From: Marsupella aquatica
Lineage: Eukaryota; Plantae; Marchantiophyta
Assembly (NCBI GenBank): GCA_973895155.1
Contig: OZ316891.1
Location: 11,964,771 to 12,028,770, forward strand
Reading direction: 5' to 3'
DNA: 64,000 bases
Position 1 is the first letter of the stretch. Each line of letters starts with the position of its first letter. This document shows positions 62,505-64,000 of the stretch, piece after piece. Both the position numbers and the translations under genes were made by a program. Below the pieces are notes generated by a model, which saw nothing but the letters and a program-made list of their open reading frames with translations, had not been told where the DNA came from and did not search any database.

Positions 62505-63989
62505 AGTGGTGGACCTCGCCACCCAGTGCCCTCACCAATCCCAGCACTCACGACCAAGTGCCATTGGTGCCCGAACGCCTCCAAGGAATACCTCGAGCAA
62601 GAAACTTAGTGCCCCTTGCACCGCCAGTGGCCCCTCCCATATGAAGCCGCACTTGCTCTCTAGCACGATCGCTACTCAACGGTCCTCCCTATCTGCACAA
62701 GCAACCAAGCACCTCAGTAAGTAACCCTTCAGGATCTAGAACTCGCCAAGTCTAGCTTCCTAACTCAAGCTCAACAGATGTTGGTAAATAGGTCAGCGAT
62801 AGGTCCTCCCGATGCCATAAGCCAGAACCAGAACCCACGCCCATTGTCCGTCCAGGACAGCTCCTTCCTTGGACGCGGCCCGGGTTCCCCCTCGTACCTA
62901 TCCATCACCAACTGACCGCCCTGACCTCAGGACATGCTCATGGCCCAAATAGCGTAGCTTGTCCCAAAGCTTGTCCTAAGCTTGTCCCAACACGCTGGGA
63001 CCAGGACGGCCCCGACTCTAGCAACCGCTCCTGGTTCGCCCCACTGGTGGTCTACGGGCCAAGCTCGCTTGGAACTCAGCCTCCACACCTACTTGGCCTT
63101 GCCTCCCCAACGCAAGCTCCCTTGGGAGACTGAACGCGGCTTGGCTGTTGTTCGGCAGGATTTGGGAAGCGGGCGAGCTAACACCCGCAAACCACAAGAA
63201 CCAACGGCACCCCTATACCCAGCTGAGCTCAAGAAGACGTAGCCCTCCTCAAGAGATTTCCAATGCACAAGATATCGCCATTTCCAAGAAACGGATATCG
63301 CCATTTCCGTTTGGCGGTTTCTCTTAGTGTCGCGACAATCGCGGCTCACGACTTTGACTCGGCCTTAGCCCCCAGGGAGACACCACTCCCCTCATATATG
63401 CTTCTGGAGACCTGCCACCCCCAGACCAGCTTTGGTCCCTAAACATTTGGCCCCCAACCCGGATCCCATCGCGCATAAAGGGCGCGCCACCAACTGGCAA
63501 CGCCCATAACTTTCTCGATAGGCATTTGCAAGCGGAGTGCCTTAGCCCGTTGTCACCGGGCCGACCCAGTGCTCATGCCTAGGCCCTCAGGTCTGATCGT
63601 CGCTTGGGGCCCCCGACCGGCCCAACCCGAATCGGGCCACAACTTGCGCCCCAAGCGTCCGTTGCCAATGGCATCAATTCCATTAGCCTTGGGCCCAAGA
63701 GGAGCCTACTCCCCAGCCCTCAGAACTCAAAGTCCGTCCGACGGTCCGGACGGCCATCCTTGAGCCTGGCCCATTTCCCCTTGACTCGACCAGCCATAGG
63801 CTAGTCCAAGTCCTTAGTGTGTGTCCCCAGCTTGGCCCCTTGCCTCGCCAGTGCCACGTCTCATTGTCCACAAGTCTCCCCATGCTAAGTCCTCCCCGGA
63901 TGGCCTATCCGGGCCTGGACCATAAGGGAGCTCGACGTCGGAGTAAGCGACGCCGGAGCTAAGTGTTAAGGTAGTCGAGTTCCACGACT
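62505..63989. mobile_element. 1485-bp element with AGT...ACT termini (copy 2), inserted in the Gypsy 5' LTR
   Basis: 5-bp TSD GGTTG (62500-62504 and 63990-63994); terminal IR AGTGGTGGACCTCG / CGAGTTCCACGACT (12/14). Confidence 0.88.
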
Positions 63990-64000
63990 GGTTGGTTTGA

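Larger units (their letters stand above)
55228..64000 (-). mobile_element. Ty3/Gypsy non-chromovirus (Athila-like PBS) retrotransposon, truncated in integrase, no 3' LTR
   Basis: Order gag - protease - RT - RNase H - integrase Zn finger; PBS at 62395-62412; 5' LTR inferred to begin at 62422. Confidence 0.92.

Noticed and set aside
62505-63989. This segment as the native LTR of the adjacent Gypsy
   Set aside because: It has its own 5-bp TSD and starts ~83 bp inside the TG-initiated LTR next to the PBS.

Overview
Eukaryotic, intron-containing land-plant DNA; a non-seed plant is my guess and cannot be proven from the window. Five host genes were reconstructed exon by exon: XB3/XBAT31-like ankyrin-RING E3 ligase (+), Sec61 gamma (-), RNA Pol I/III subunit AC19/RPAC2 (+), SCAMP (-) and an INT-type inositol transporter (-). 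They sit among many mobile elements: the 5' end of a Copia, a decayed CRE-like non-LTR retrotransposon with nested insertions, Helitron ends, solo LTRs, MITEs, a decayed Crypton-like tyrosine-recombinase element and a 3'-truncated Gypsy with a tRNA-Asp PBS. Main observations: (1) two tandem 78-nt SCAMP exons only 42 nt apart with mostly synonymous divergence, a candidate mutually exclusive pair, plus duplicated terminal exons; (2) an intron-containing Crypton-like element with palindromic subterminal sites; (3) two insertions of a 1.3-1.5 kb element with AGT...ACT termini and exact 5-bp TSDs; (4) a 1.6-kb copy of the SCAMP leader and first coding exon placed in front of the inositol transporter and joined to a broken Gypsy pol. 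All coordinates and translations were read by eye; no database search was run.
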